Shown here: piece after piece, positions 37,872 to 46,437 of the stretch
How positions within the stretch are numbered: position 1 is the stretch's first letter
Layout of the letters: every line of letters starts with the position of its first letter
Assembly: GCA_945788225.1 (NCBI GenBank)
Contig: CALZLD010000001.1
Coordinates: 1-46,718, forward strand
Direction: 5' to 3'
Length of the DNA stretch: 46,718 bases
Source of the DNA: an uncultured Clostridia bacterium
GTDB taxonomy: Bacteria > Bacillota > Clostridia > Oscillospirales > Ruminococcaceae
The notes under the pieces: generated by a model
Seen by the model: the letters and a program-made list of their open reading frames with translations, nothing else
Databases searched by the model: none
What the model was told of the DNA's origin: nothing
Translations under genes and position numbers: made by a program

Positions 37872-38639
37872 TTATTTTTTGTCGTCGGGAATACAGTTTC
37901 CGACATTTGCCATTGTCAGCATAATGAAAATGAAAGCCTGCATAAATCCGCTGAACAGGTCAAAGTATACAGAAAGAACCGCAGGAATACCTATCTGCAA
38001 TACGCCTATTCTGATTTCGCCCATACTGAAATACAGATGAAGCTTTGCCGAAAGATTTGCGAGCGCCCAATAGATGAGAGCTGTGATAACCATACCGCCC
38101 GCAACATTTCCGAAGTGACGAAGTCCCATCGAGATAGGCGTCATAATCTCAGAGAAGATGTTCATAGGCGTCATCACAAAGATAGGCTCGGTGAAGCTTT
38201 TTAGATAACCACCGAAACCGCTGTATTTGAGCTTGGTGTAGGTTATCATTACAAGACAGATAAGAGCCCACGCAATAGTTACGCTTGCGTCCGCAGTCAC
38301 TGAACGAAGCCCTAACAGACTGACTAAACTTCCCGTTATGGAAAAGACGAATATCGTAGCAATGTAAGGTGCATAGACAAGATGAGAAGGTCCCATATTA
38401 TCCTTAACAAGCTTATTGACGGTTTCGACTATCCATTCGGCGACAATCTGCCTTTTTGTCGGGATTTTTTTCATTCCGTGAGTGAGCCATATAACAAAAA
38501 TACTGATAGCAACAACCAGCACAAAGCCTATGACAACGGATTCGGTGATGTTTATTCTTCCGACTATCGGCAAGTCAAAATAAAACAGCACACCCGGTCC
38601 GCTAACTCCTCCGAAATCGCCCGACTGAGCAAATCCCAT
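37872..38639 (-). CDS. atpB: F0F1 ATP synthase subunit a
   Basis: 255 aa polytopic membrane protein with the conserved LGLRHFGNVAGG (essential Arg) helix. Confidence 0.92.
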   Translation of the reverse strand: MGFAQSGDFGGVSGPGVLFYFDLPIVGRINITESVVIGFVLVVAISIFVIWLTHGMKKIPTKRQIVAEWIVETVNKLVKDNMGPSHLVYAPYIATIFVFSITGSLVSLLGLRSVTADASVTIAWALICLVMITYTKLKYSGFGGYLKSFTEPIFVMTPMNIFSEIMTPISMGLRHFGNVAGGMVITALIYWALANLSAKLHLYFSMGEIRIGVLQIGIPAVLSVYFDLFSGFMQAFIFIMLTMANVGNCIPDDKK

Positions 38640-38640
38640 A

Positions 38641-39039
38641 TTATTTCCCCTCCTTTTTATGTGAAATAGATGACTTTATCATATATATCGGCTTGACATA
38701 AAGAAAGGGGATGACCACTCCTATAGTGTCAAACAAATCCGATATAAGCGAAAGGAATATGACGACAGCTACGATAAGGCTGCGCAGGATATAGCTTGTC
38801 GCCATTTTGTTTTTTGCTCTTTTTTCGTTTTTGTCAAGAGCAAAGCGTTTGAGAGCCAACTCAACATCAGAGCCTAAAACACAAAGATTAAGTATCAGCG
38901 CTACACTGCCGAGCAGCAGTCCCAGAAACATTGAAAGAGTAACGCCTTTAAAAATAAAAGAAATCAGATAAACTGCAATATCGGCGATAAAAACGCAGGG
39001 AACGATAAATTTAAGCTCATTTTTTATCATTTTGCTCAA
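38641..39039 (-). CDS. atpI: ATP synthase subunit I (AtpI)
   Basis: About 130-aa four-helix hydrophobic protein immediately upstream of atpB. TTG start 8 nt after an AAGGGGGA RBS. The call is based on position and topology. Confidence 0.7.
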   Translation of the reverse strand: MSKMIKNELKFIVPCVFIADIAVYLISFIFKGVTLSMFLGLLLGSVALILNLCVLGSDVELALKRFALDKNEKRAKNKMATSYILRSLIVAVVIFLSLISDLFDTIGVVIPFLYVKPIYMIKSSISHKKEGK

Positions 39040-39280
39040 TATTTTTATCCCCCTTTTTATTATCCATCATTTTGATGAAAACTCTTGCAAGAGAGACAGC
39101 GTCCGCCGCGGCAAGAGAAAAAGCAAGAATAATCGCCACAATCGTTATCCAATCCCCGAGCGAAAATTTTGTCTTCAAATAATCGGCAAGGAGAATACAA
39201 ACGATAAACGGGGTTATTATCCCGACAGAAAACTGAAGCCCGTAGTAGAAGTATTTGAGAGCATTCGCAAGTTTATTCAA
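39017..39280 (-). CDS. AtpZ/AtpR-like small membrane protein (first gene of the atp operon)
   Basis: 87 aa with two hydrophobic helices. TTG start 6 nt after GGGGGA. It overlaps the atpI start. Position and size fit AtpZ/AtpR family proteins. Confidence 0.6.
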   Translation of the reverse strand: MNKLANALKYFYYGLQFSVGIITPFIVCILLADYLKTKFSLGDWITIVAIILAFSLAAADAVSLARVFIKMMDNKKGDKNIEQNDKK

Positions 39281-39322
39281 AATAAATCCCCCGATAGATT
39301 TGCAGAAAAGTTAAAATTATTA

Positions 39323-39351
39323 TTGACATTTTATGATTGAGATAGTATAAT
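39323..39351 (+). promoter_or_regulatory. Consensus sigma-A promoter for tRNA-Leu(UAA)
   Basis: TTGACA (39323-39328), 17 nt, TATAAT (39346-39351). The tRNA starts 12 nt downstream. Confidence 0.75.
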
Positions 39352-39362
39352 ATCTATGTTGT

Positions 39363-39449
39363 GCCGCTGTGGTGGAATTGGTAGACACAAGGGACTTAAA
39401 ATCCCTCGCCGTTAAAAGCGTACCGGTTCGAGTCCGGTTAGCGGCACCA
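39363..39449 (+). tRNA. tRNA-Leu (anticodon UAA), class II with long variable arm, CCA encoded
   Basis: GCCGCTG acceptor pairs with TAGCGGC. Anticodon loop CTTAAAA, T-arm GGTTCGAGTCC, and a long variable arm. Confidence 0.95.
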
Positions 39450-39459
39450 GATTTGTGCT

Positions 39460-39496
39460 CCGGGCTTGTCTTATCGACAGGCTCGGCTTATTTTTT
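39460..39496 (+). terminator. Terminator after tRNA-Leu(UAA)
   Basis: CCGGGCTTGTC-ttatc-GACAGGCTCGG followed by CTTATTTTTT. Confidence 0.65.
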
Positions 39497-39598
39497 ATTT
39501 ATTCACTGTTACCAATAATATCTTAATGATTATATCATACTTTGAACAGAATGTCAACATAAACGGTGACATTTTAGGTCGAATAAAGCAATAAAAAA

Positions 39599-39648
39599 GC
39601 TTGTCGGAAAGGATGGCAAACAAAAGCCGTCACCCCTTTCTGACAAGC
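39599..39648. terminator. Bidirectional terminator (serves dfx on the minus strand)
   Basis: GCTTGTCGGAAAGG-22 nt-CCTTTCTGACAAGC: 14-bp stem with one G-U pair, and T-runs on both strands. Confidence 0.7.
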
Positions 39649-39683
39649 GTTATTTTTATTATGATAAAAGCCTTTTTAAAAAC

Positions 39684-40058
39684 TTATGCCTTCCAGAGAC
39701 CGTGAAGATTGCAGTAAGCGTAAACAGCCTCTACCTCGTCGCCGTCGCAGAGCGCAAAGCAAACCTCGGGAGCGTCCCCTGCTTTAAGCTCTTTACGCTG
39801 ATTTCCGAATTTTGTTTTAAGTGAAACCCACTCAATGAGATGCTCTTCTGTCATCGGGTGAGCAACTTCTCCGATTTTAACTGTTACCTTGCCGTTTTCA
39901 ACTGTGTAAACGGGAACATGCTTTTCTGTTGCGGCGTCGGTTGAGCAAGGGATGATTTCCTGCATATTCTCTCCACAACACTTAACGGGTACTCCCACAT
40001 TTTTAACCATTGCAATTATCTGACCGCAATGCGCGCAACGATAAAATTTCATTTCCAT
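39684..40058 (-). CDS. dfx: Desulfoferrodoxin (2Fe superoxide reductase)
   Basis: About 124 aa. N-terminal desulforedoxin-like CxxC...CC site (YRCAHCGQ..VKCCGENM). Centre II ligands are present (EKHVP, HPMTEEHLIEW, YCNLHGLW). Start at the ATG at 40058 or 40052, behind GGAGGAA. The 165-aa track ORF runs into the upstream tRNA gene and is an artefact. Confidence 0.92.
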   Translation of the reverse strand: MEMKFYRCAHCGQIIAMVKNVGVPVKCCGENMQEIIPCSTDAATEKHVPVYTVENGKVTVKIGEVAHPMTEEHLIEWVSLKTKFGNQRKELKAGDAPEVCFALCDGDEVEAVYAYCNLHGLWKA

Positions 40059-40091
40059 AAATAATTCCTCCAAATTCCATAAAAAATACAT

Positions 40092-40120
40092 AACCGCTCC
40101 GTCTTTAAAACAGAGCGGTT
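40092..40120 (-). terminator. Hairpin/terminator between tRNA-Leu(CAA) and dfx
   Basis: On the minus strand: AACCGCTC-13 nt-GAGCGGTT followed by ATGTATTTTTT. Confidence 0.6.
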
Positions 40121-40137
40121 CTTGCAGATTGCTCTGC

Positions 40138-40224
40138 TGGTACCGGTGGTCGGGCTCGAACCGACACGGTGTCGCCACCACGGGATTTTGAGTCCAGCAC
40201 GTCTACCAATTCCATCACACCGGC
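40138..40224 (-). tRNA. tRNA-Leu (anticodon CAA), class II, CCA encoded
   Basis: The minus strand reads GCCGGTGTGATGGAATTGGTAGACGTGCTGGACTCAAAATCCCGT...GGTTCGAGCCCGACCACCGGTACCA. It has anticodon loop CTCAAAA and a long variable arm. Confidence 0.95.
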
Positions 40225-40251
40225 ATATAGGACAAAACATTCGCCTTAAAA

Positions 40252-40575
40252 TCAAATCTTAGGCATAATAAGATACCCTAACCCCTGAGTTGAGACCTGC
40301 GTTGTTTCTCCCAGAAGCTTATCGAAAAATGTGGCGTCAAGCTGAATGAGGAAATACCATACTATTCCGACAAACAATGCGATAAACAAAAGAACAAGTA
40401 TCACGCCGACAATGGTCTTCAAAACTTCCTCGACAAAAAGCTTTTTGGGGTGAAGAAGTTCCTCGGGCATCTGAGGTTCTTTTTTAGGCGGCTTTGAAGG
40501 CTTTTTCTGGTCTGATGAAAGTTCAAGAGTATCCTTGATTTCTTCAGTTGTTGCGGTATCAGCCAAGCAAAGCAC
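40252..40575 (-). CDS. Hypothetical single-pass membrane protein
   Basis: About 105 aa. Charged Lys/Glu/Pro-rich N-terminus, then one TM helix (IVGVILVLLFIALFVGIVWYFLI). The start is either the GTG at 40575 or, more likely, the TTG at 40566, 6 nt after AGGGGGTG. Confidence 0.5.
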   Translation of the reverse strand: MLCLADTATTEEIKDTLELSSDQKKPSKPPKKEPQMPEELLHPKKLFVEEVLKTIVGVILVLLFIALFVGIVWYFLIQLDATFFDKLLGETTQVSTQGLGYLIMPKI

Positions 40576-40701
40576 CCCCTATGAACCTTTCAATTTTGTC
40601 TAAGATACATTTTATATCATTTTTGCTTATTTGTCAACAGTTGAAAGAGAAAAAAATTTATGCTAATATAGTGATAGCAGAAAACAAAGCAAGGTGAGAA
40701 A

Positions 40702-41085
40702 ATGAAAAACAAAAAGCTGAAAATTATCGCTGTGATACTTCCTATTCTAGCGGTCACGGGTTTTCTTGTTCTCAAACTGAACATTGATTTTTTTCTGTCG
40801 CTTTTGCCGAAATTCTGCGTTTTTTATATTACTACGGGGTATCAATGCTTTGCCTGCGGAAATACACGAAGCGTTCTTTCGATACTGCGCGGAGATATAA
40901 TATCCGCTATAAAGTTCAATCCTGCGATACCGATAATTTTAGCGTTGCTGATTATGCTCTATATTGAGCTTTTTGCTCTCGCGTTTTTTGATAAAAAAAT
41001 CAAGGTTGTTCCAAGGAATACGGTTTTCTGGATAATATTTGCCGTTGTGCTTTTCTTATATTATATTCTGAGAAATTTTGTATGA
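40702..41085 (+). CDS. DUF2752 family membrane protein
   Basis: 127 aa. Has the CFACGNTRS motif (CxxCGxTR signature of DUF2752) between hydrophobic helices. AAGGTGAG RBS. Confidence 0.7.
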   Translation: MKNKKLKIIAVILPILAVTGFLVLKLNIDFFLSLLPKFCVFYITTGYQCFACGNTRSVLSILRGDIISAIKFNPAIPIILALLIMLYIELFALAFFDKKIKVVPRNTVFWIIFAVVLFLYYILRNFV

Positions 41086-41089
41086 AAAA

Positions 41090-41113
41090 TCCGCTCTGAA
41101 TTTTCAGAGCGGA
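41090..41113. terminator. Bidirectional terminator
   Basis: TCCGCTCTGAA-tt-TTCAGAGCGGA with flanking A5 and TTTTGTTTTT. Sits between the convergent DUF2752 gene and carB. Confidence 0.88.
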
Positions 41114-41121
41114 TTTTGTTT

Positions 41122-44100
41122 TTATTCGATTTCGCTGTGGAACTGCTGAAGGGACTTGACTGTCTTTCCTCTGCCGTGCTTAACTGATTTTATTCCTTCA
41201 AGAGTTGCCTTTGCGGCAGCCATTGTTGTAACATAGAACACACGCTTGCGGATAGCGTTCTTTCTGATGTAGCTGTCGTCCTCTTTACCCTGCTTGTTAT
41301 CGGGAGTATTGATGATAATATCAATCTTGCCGTTTGAAATAGCGTCAAGGATATTAGGTCTGCCCTGCTGTAATTTTGCAATCTTTTCAGCCTTGATGCC
41401 GTTCTTTGTGATAAGGTCGTATGTTCCGCCCGTTGCAAGAATATTAAATCCACATTCTTCAAAGCCCTTTGCAATCTCAACAACCTCGGGCTTGTCGCCG
41501 TCGTTTACGCTGATAAGAACTGTTCCCGAAAGAGCGATTTTTGTCTGAGTAGCTTCCTGCGCCTTGAAATATGCCTCGCCGAAGTTATCGGACATTCCGA
41601 GAACTTCGCCCGTTGAACGCATTTCAGGTCCGAGCAGGGGGTCAACCTCAGAGAACATATTGAACGGGAATACCGCTTCTTTAACTCCGTAGTGATTGAA
41701 TTTTCTCTCTTTGAGTGCAGGAACGGGAGAAGGTCTGCCCGTAAGCGGAGCTGTAATAATTTCTGTTGCTATCTTCACCATCTTGATATTGCAAACCTTT
41801 GATACAAGAGGAACTGTTCTCGACGCACGGGGATTTGCTTCAAGAACATAAACCTTGCCGTCCTCTATTGCATACTGCATATTCATAAGTCCGCGGACAT
41901 CCATTTCCTTGGCAATCTTCTTTGTATATTCCTTTATTGTTGCAACATTTTCGGGAGAAATATTAAGCGAAGGAAGAATACAAGCGGAGTCGCCCGAATG
42001 GATACCTGCAAGCTCGATATGCTCCATAACTGCGGGAACAAATACATTTTCACCGTCGCTTATTGCGTCTGCTTCACATTCTGTTGCGTTATGCAAAAAT
42101 CTGTCAACAAGGATTGGTCTGTCGGGGGTTACTCCTACCGCCGCTTTCATATAGATTCTGAGTCCTTCTTCATCGTGAACAACTTCCATTCCGCGTCCGC
42201 CAAGAACATAAGACGGGCGGACCATTACGGGATAGCCTATTCTGTTTGCGATTTCGATAGCGTCCTCAACGGTAACAGCCATTCCCGACTCGGGCATAGG
42301 AATTTCGAGCTTTTCCATCATAGCTCGGAAAAGGTCTCTGTCCTCGGCAAAGTCAATAGTTTCGGGAGTTGTTCCGAGGATATTCACACCCGCTTTTTTA
42401 AGGTCTGCCGCAAGGTTGAGAGGCGTCTGTCCTCCGAACTGAGCGATAACTCCGACGGGCTTTTCTTTTTCGTGGATAGCGAGAACATCTTCAAGAGTGA
42501 GAGGTTCAAAATAAAGCTTGTCCGAGGTGTCATAGTCGGTAGAAACGGTTTCGGGGTTGCAGTTTATCATAATCGTTTCAAATCCGAGTTCGCGAAGAGC
42601 ATTTGCCGCGTGAACACAGCAGTAGTCGAATTCGATACCCTGTCCTATTCTGTTGGGGCCTGAACCTAAAATCATAACCTTGGGCTTTCCGACAGAAGCA
42701 ACGCTCTTATCCTCGGGAATATTGTATGATGAGTAGTAGTATGCAGAGTCCTTAGTTCCGCTTACATGAACGCCTTCCCACGCTTCTGTTATGCCATATT
42801 CGGTTCTCTTTTCACGGATTTCTGTTTCGGTAACATCGAGTATCTGAGAGAGGTATTTATCTGAAAAGCCGTCCTTTTTAGCCTGCAAGAGAGCGTCCTT
42901 TTCAGGAACTTTGCCCTTGTTTGCAAGAAGCGCGTTTTCTTCATCAACAAGCTCTTTCATCTGATTGATAAAATATTTTTTAATCTTTGTGAGCTCAAAG
43001 AGTTCGTCGACGGTTGCACCCTTTCTGAGAGCCTCATACATAATGAACTGACGCTCGGAAGTGGGGGTATGGAGCATTGCGATAAGCTCGTCTTTTGTCT
43101 TTTTGTTGTAATCACTTGCAAAGCCTAAGCCGTATCTTCCCTTTTCAAGACTTCTTATAGCCTTCTGGAAAGCTTCCTTATAGGTTTTGCCGATACTCAT
43201 AACCTCGCCGACTGCTTTCATCTGTGTACCGAGCTTATCCTCGGCGTTCTTGAACTTTTCAAATGCCCAACGAGCGAATTTGATAACTATATAATCTCCG
43301 TCGGGATGATATTTGTCAAGTGTGCCGTACTTTCCGCAAGGGATCTCGTCAAGAGTAAGTCCCGTAGCAAGCATTGCGGAAACAAGCGCTATGGGGAAAC
43401 CTGTTGCCTTTGACGCAAGTGCCGAAGAACGCGAGGTTCTGGGGTTGATTTCTATAACGATAATTCTGCCGTCATCTGTATTTCTTGCAAACTGAACATT
43501 TGTTCCGCCTATTACCTCGATAGCGTCAACGATTTTATAAGCCTGACGCTGAAGCTCTTTCTGAACATCCTCGGGAATTGTAAGCATAGGAGCGGAGCAG
43601 AAGCTGTCGCCCGTGTGTACTCCGAGAGGGTCGATATTTTCGATAAAGCATACAGTTATCATATTACCCTTGCGGTCGCGGACAACTTCGAGTTCAAGTT
43701 CTTCCCAGCCGAGAATTGACTCCTCTACAAGAACCTGTCCGACAAGCGAAGCCTGAAGTCCTCTTGCGCAGACTGTTTTGAGCTCGTCAACATTATAAAC
43801 AATTCCTCCGCCTGTTCCGCCCATTGTGTAAGCAGGACGAAGAACAACGGGATAACCGAGCTTATCGGCAATAGCAAGAGCCTCGTCAACGGAATATGCA
43901 ACCTCGCTTCTTGCCATCTGGATGCCAAGGCTGTCCATTGTCTTTTTGAATTCTATTCTGTCCTCGCCGCGCTCAATAGCGTCAACCTGAACGCCGATTA
44001 CTTCGACATTGTATTTATCGAGGACGCCGAGTTTTGCAAGTTCGGAACAGAGGTTGAGTCCCGACTGACCGCCAAGGTTGGGAAGAAGGCAATCGGGGCG

Positions 44101-44337
44101 TTCCTTTTCGATAATTTCTTCAAGACGAGTCGCATTAAGCGGTTCAATATATGTAACATCCGCTATTTCAGGGTCCGTCATAATCGTTGCGGGGTTTGAG
44201 TTGACAAGGACTATTTCATAGCCAAGCTTTCTCAGAGCCTTGCAAGCCTGCGTGCCCGAATAGTCGAATTCACAAGCCTGTCCGATGATAATGGGACCTG
44301 AACCGATAATAAGGACCTTTTTCTTTTTGTTTTCCAT
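41122..44337 (-). CDS. carB: Carbamoyl-phosphate synthase large subunit
   Basis: 1071 aa. Duplicated ATP-grasp halves (IIGSGPIIIGQACEFDYSGTQA / ILGSGPNRIGQGIEFDYCCVHA) and a C-terminal MGS-like allosteric domain. Confidence 0.97.
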   Translation of the reverse strand: MENKKKKVLIIGSGPIIIGQACEFDYSGTQACKALRKLGYEIVLVNSNPATIMTDPEIADVTYIEPLNATRLEEIIEKERPDCLLPNLGGQSGLNLCSELAKLGVLDKYNVEVIGVQVDAIERGEDRIEFKKTMDSLGIQMARSEVAYSVDEALAIADKLGYPVVLRPAYTMGGTGGGIVYNVDELKTVCARGLQASLVGQVLVEESILGWEELELEVVRDRKGNMITVCFIENIDPLGVHTGDSFCSAPMLTIPEDVQKELQRQAYKIVDAIEVIGGTNVQFARNTDDGRIIVIEINPRTSRSSALASKATGFPIALVSAMLATGLTLDEIPCGKYGTLDKYHPDGDYIVIKFARWAFEKFKNAEDKLGTQMKAVGEVMSIGKTYKEAFQKAIRSLEKGRYGLGFASDYNKKTKDELIAMLHTPTSERQFIMYEALRKGATVDELFELTKIKKYFINQMKELVDEENALLANKGKVPEKDALLQAKKDGFSDKYLSQILDVTETEIREKRTEYGITEAWEGVHVSGTKDSAYYYSSYNIPEDKSVASVGKPKVMILGSGPNRIGQGIEFDYCCVHAANALRELGFETIMINCNPETVSTDYDTSDKLYFEPLTLEDVLAIHEKEKPVGVIAQFGGQTPLNLAADLKKAGVNILGTTPETIDFAEDRDLFRAMMEKLEIPMPESGMAVTVEDAIEIANRIGYPVMVRPSYVLGGRGMEVVHDEEGLRIYMKAAVGVTPDRPILVDRFLHNATECEADAISDGENVFVPAVMEHIELAGIHSGDSACILPSLNISPENVATIKEYTKKIAKEMDVRGLMNMQYAIEDGKVYVLEANPRASRTVPLVSKVCNIKMVKIATEIITAPLTGRPSPVPALKERKFNHYGVKEAVFPFNMFSEVDPLLGPEMRSTGEVLGMSDNFGEAYFKAQEATQTKIALSGTVLISVNDGDKPEVVEIAKGFEECGFNILATGGTYDLITKNGIKAEKIAKLQQGRPNILDAISNGKIDIIINTPDNKQGKEDDSYIRKNAIRKRVFYVTTMAAAKATLEGIKSVKHGRGKTVKSLQQFHSEIE

Positions 44338-44484
44338 ACTAAAACACTCCTTACAGAAATATATCGTTATAGGGATTTACCCTTTTTTAACATTTGTCAA
44401 AAAATTATCCTATCTTTTCTATTATATCATATATTGTCGCAAAAGAAAACAGATTTTGAAACTTTTTTAAAAAAATCCGAAAAA

Positions 44485-44503
44485 AGCGGTTTTTAATGCC
44501 GCT
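44485..44503 (-). terminator. Short terminator overlapping the regulator stop codon
   Basis: On the minus strand: (TA)AGCGG-cattaaaaa-CCGCT followed by TTTTTCGGATTTTTTT. Confidence 0.5.
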
Positions 44504-44883
44504 TAATCCGGATTTTTTGAATTTGATATATGTTTCTTTAATTTTTCAAAAGTAACGGCGCTTATGTCATGCTCAATACGGCAAGCGTCTTCAAGTGCTG
44601 TTTTTTCGTCAACGCCTATTTCAATGAGCCAGGCTGAAATAATCTGGTGGCGTTCATAAATAATACGGGCGTTTTCTTCTCCCTTTTCAGTGAGAAAAAT
44701 ATATCCGTTTTCATTAACGGTAATAAAACCGCCGTCTTTAAGATTTTTAACGGCTCTGCTCACGCTGGGTTTAGAAAAACCAAGCTCGTTGGCAACATCA
44801 ACAGAACGAACAGCAACGCCTTTTTCACGAAGAATAAGGATAGTTTCAAGATAATTCTCACCCGATTCGAGAAGTCTGGACAT
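44503..44883 (-). CDS. DtxR/MntR-family metal-dependent transcriptional regulator (short form, no SH3-like domain)
   Basis: About 126 aa. SGENYLETILIL, a winged-HTH (VDVANELGFSKPSVSRAVKNL) and a metal-site region (YERHQIISAWL...ACRIEHDIS). Start at the ATG at 44883, 6 nt after GGAGGTG; the track GTG at 44892 lies inside the RBS. Confidence 0.85.
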   Translation of the reverse strand: MSRLLESGENYLETILILREKGVAVRSVDVANELGFSKPSVSRAVKNLKDGGFITVNENGYIFLTEKGEENARIIYERHQIISAWLIEIGVDEKTALEDACRIEHDISAVTFEKLKKHISNSKNPD

Positions 44884-45011
44884 TCTGTTCACCTCCGCAA
44901 AGCTATACTTTTTAGATTATATCACAACGGCAAAGTAATTTCAAGAGTTTTTTATAGTTGAAATATTCCTTTAATATGTTATAATAATTATACACAATTC
45001 ACAATAGAAAA

Positions 45012-45039
45012 ACGGGTACCATAAAAATATGGTACCCGT
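45012..45039 (-). terminator. Terminator of the EAL-HDOD gene
   Basis: ACGGGTACCATA-aaaa-TATGGTACCCGT: perfect 12-bp stem, with a T-run on the minus strand. Confidence 0.85.
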
Positions 45040-45043
45040 AATT

Positions 45044-46258
45044 TTATGTTGACATAATTCCCGCCCAGATGTTGTTGACCTTTTCAACACATTCAAAGTA
45101 AATCTGAGCAATTTTGTCGGTTGGAATTTCAAGCTTTTCAGCCGCCTCAGTCATACTGTTCCAGTTTGCCTTCTCATAGCAGAGGATAACATCATACAGA
45201 AGACCGCATCTGCCTTCTCTTGAAATAAGGGCTTTCTTGATGTCCTCGGAAATGGGAAGTTCTTTCAGAGCTTCCTCCAAAGGAGTCTGAGTCAGCTTGC
45301 CGAGAGTTGAGAACATTCCGAGAAGATAAGCTTCTCCGCTGTCAATGGGAAGGTCCTTTGCGTGATTTGCAAGCTGTTCGGCAAAGTTTGCTCTTAAGAA
45401 CGAAAGTTTTATAAGTTCATCGGGCATCGAGCCGTCGCTTTGTCTGAAACTGAGAAGATAAATCCACTGTTTAAGCTGGCTTATTCCAAGAACAACAAGA
45501 GCCTGCTTGACGGTAGACGCTTTGTTGCGGAGCGCGAACCACGCGGAGTTGACAAGCTTTAAGAGCGCAAAGGTGAGCGTTACATCTCGGGAAATAATCT
45601 CGGATACTTCATCATAGTCTATCTCAGGCTTGGTAACGGCAACCATAAGAAGAAAGAAGTTGCCCTGCAAGAAGTCGGTCTTTTTAATGGTAGTGGGCAA
45701 TTTTTCAGCAACAAACGAGCCTTCAAAATAGTCACAGCCAAGCTCTGTCGCGGTATCGTAAGCCTCTTTCGTTTCTATATCATAAGCGATGATTTTCTTG
45801 TTGAAAGCCTTTGCAATTTTGATTATGCTGTCGTATGACGAGGTATCGCCGTAGCCGAAACAGAGTCTTATGTAGTCAACGCTGTCAAGAATGCCAAAAT
45901 ACCTAGGAAAGAACTGGAAATCGGTAATGGCTATCTTATAGCCTTTTTTGCGGTATTCTATAATAGTGTCGTTTGACTTGGGGTCGATAAGAATGGAATC
46001 CTCGACAACCATAACGAGCTTTTCGGGCAGAAACATTTCGGGGACTTTTCTTTCAAGCAGATTCCATGTAAAATTAAGAAAGATAGGCTTGTCGCCCGTC
46101 ATTGTGTCATTTCCTGCCTGCGTAAGTATATTTGAAACTGCATTTGCGGCGGCGTTTTCATCGTCGGGCGCATTCAGGGAATCGTCGCAGTAACGCATTT
46201 CGTATCCGAGAACCTTCTGGTCAGAGTCCATAATAGATTGACGAACCATATAAGCCAT
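45044..46258 (-). CDS. EAL plus HDOD domain signalling protein (YuxH/COG3434-like)
   Basis: About 404 aa from the ATG at 46258 (GGGAGG RBS). The N-terminal MVRQSIMDSDQKVLGYEMRY matches the ARQPIfD.n..v.gYELLfR start of EAL-HDOD proteins. The C-terminal half is HDOD-like (LKLVNSAWFALRNKASTVKQALVVLG). The track ORF adds 20 upstream codons. Confidence 0.75.
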   Translation of the reverse strand: MAYMVRQSIMDSDQKVLGYEMRYCDDSLNAPDDENAAANAVSNILTQAGNDTMTGDKPIFLNFTWNLLERKVPEMFLPEKLVMVVEDSILIDPKSNDTIIEYRKKGYKIAITDFQFFPRYFGILDSVDYIRLCFGYGDTSSYDSIIKIAKAFNKKIIAYDIETKEAYDTATELGCDYFEGSFVAEKLPTTIKKTDFLQGNFFLLMVAVTKPEIDYDEVSEIISRDVTLTFALLKLVNSAWFALRNKASTVKQALVVLGISQLKQWIYLLSFRQSDGSMPDELIKLSFLRANFAEQLANHAKDLPIDSGEAYLLGMFSTLGKLTQTPLEEALKELPISEDIKKALISREGRCGLLYDVILCYEKANWNSMTEAAEKLEIPTDKIAQIYFECVEKVNNIWAGIMST

Positions 46259-46437
46259 AAAAAAGACCTCCCATAAATTACTTATAGTAATTATACAATA
46301 ATCTGACGAACTTTTCAACCGTTTTTAAAAAATGCAGTTCTTGCATATTACATAAAAAACGGGGAACAAATCTATTGACTTTAACAATAAAATAAAGTAT
46401 ATTGATTTTATGCAATCAAAGCGAAAGGAACATTAAT

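Noticed and set aside
39496-39596. About 100-nt gene-free stretch between the tRNA-Leu(UAA) terminator and the dfx terminator, containing TGTCAAC-ataaac-GGTGACA; considered as a small RNA or operator
   Set aside because: There is no promoter-like -35/-10 and no conserved structure beyond the imperfect palindrome. It lies downstream of both convergent units, not upstream. The evidence is insufficient.
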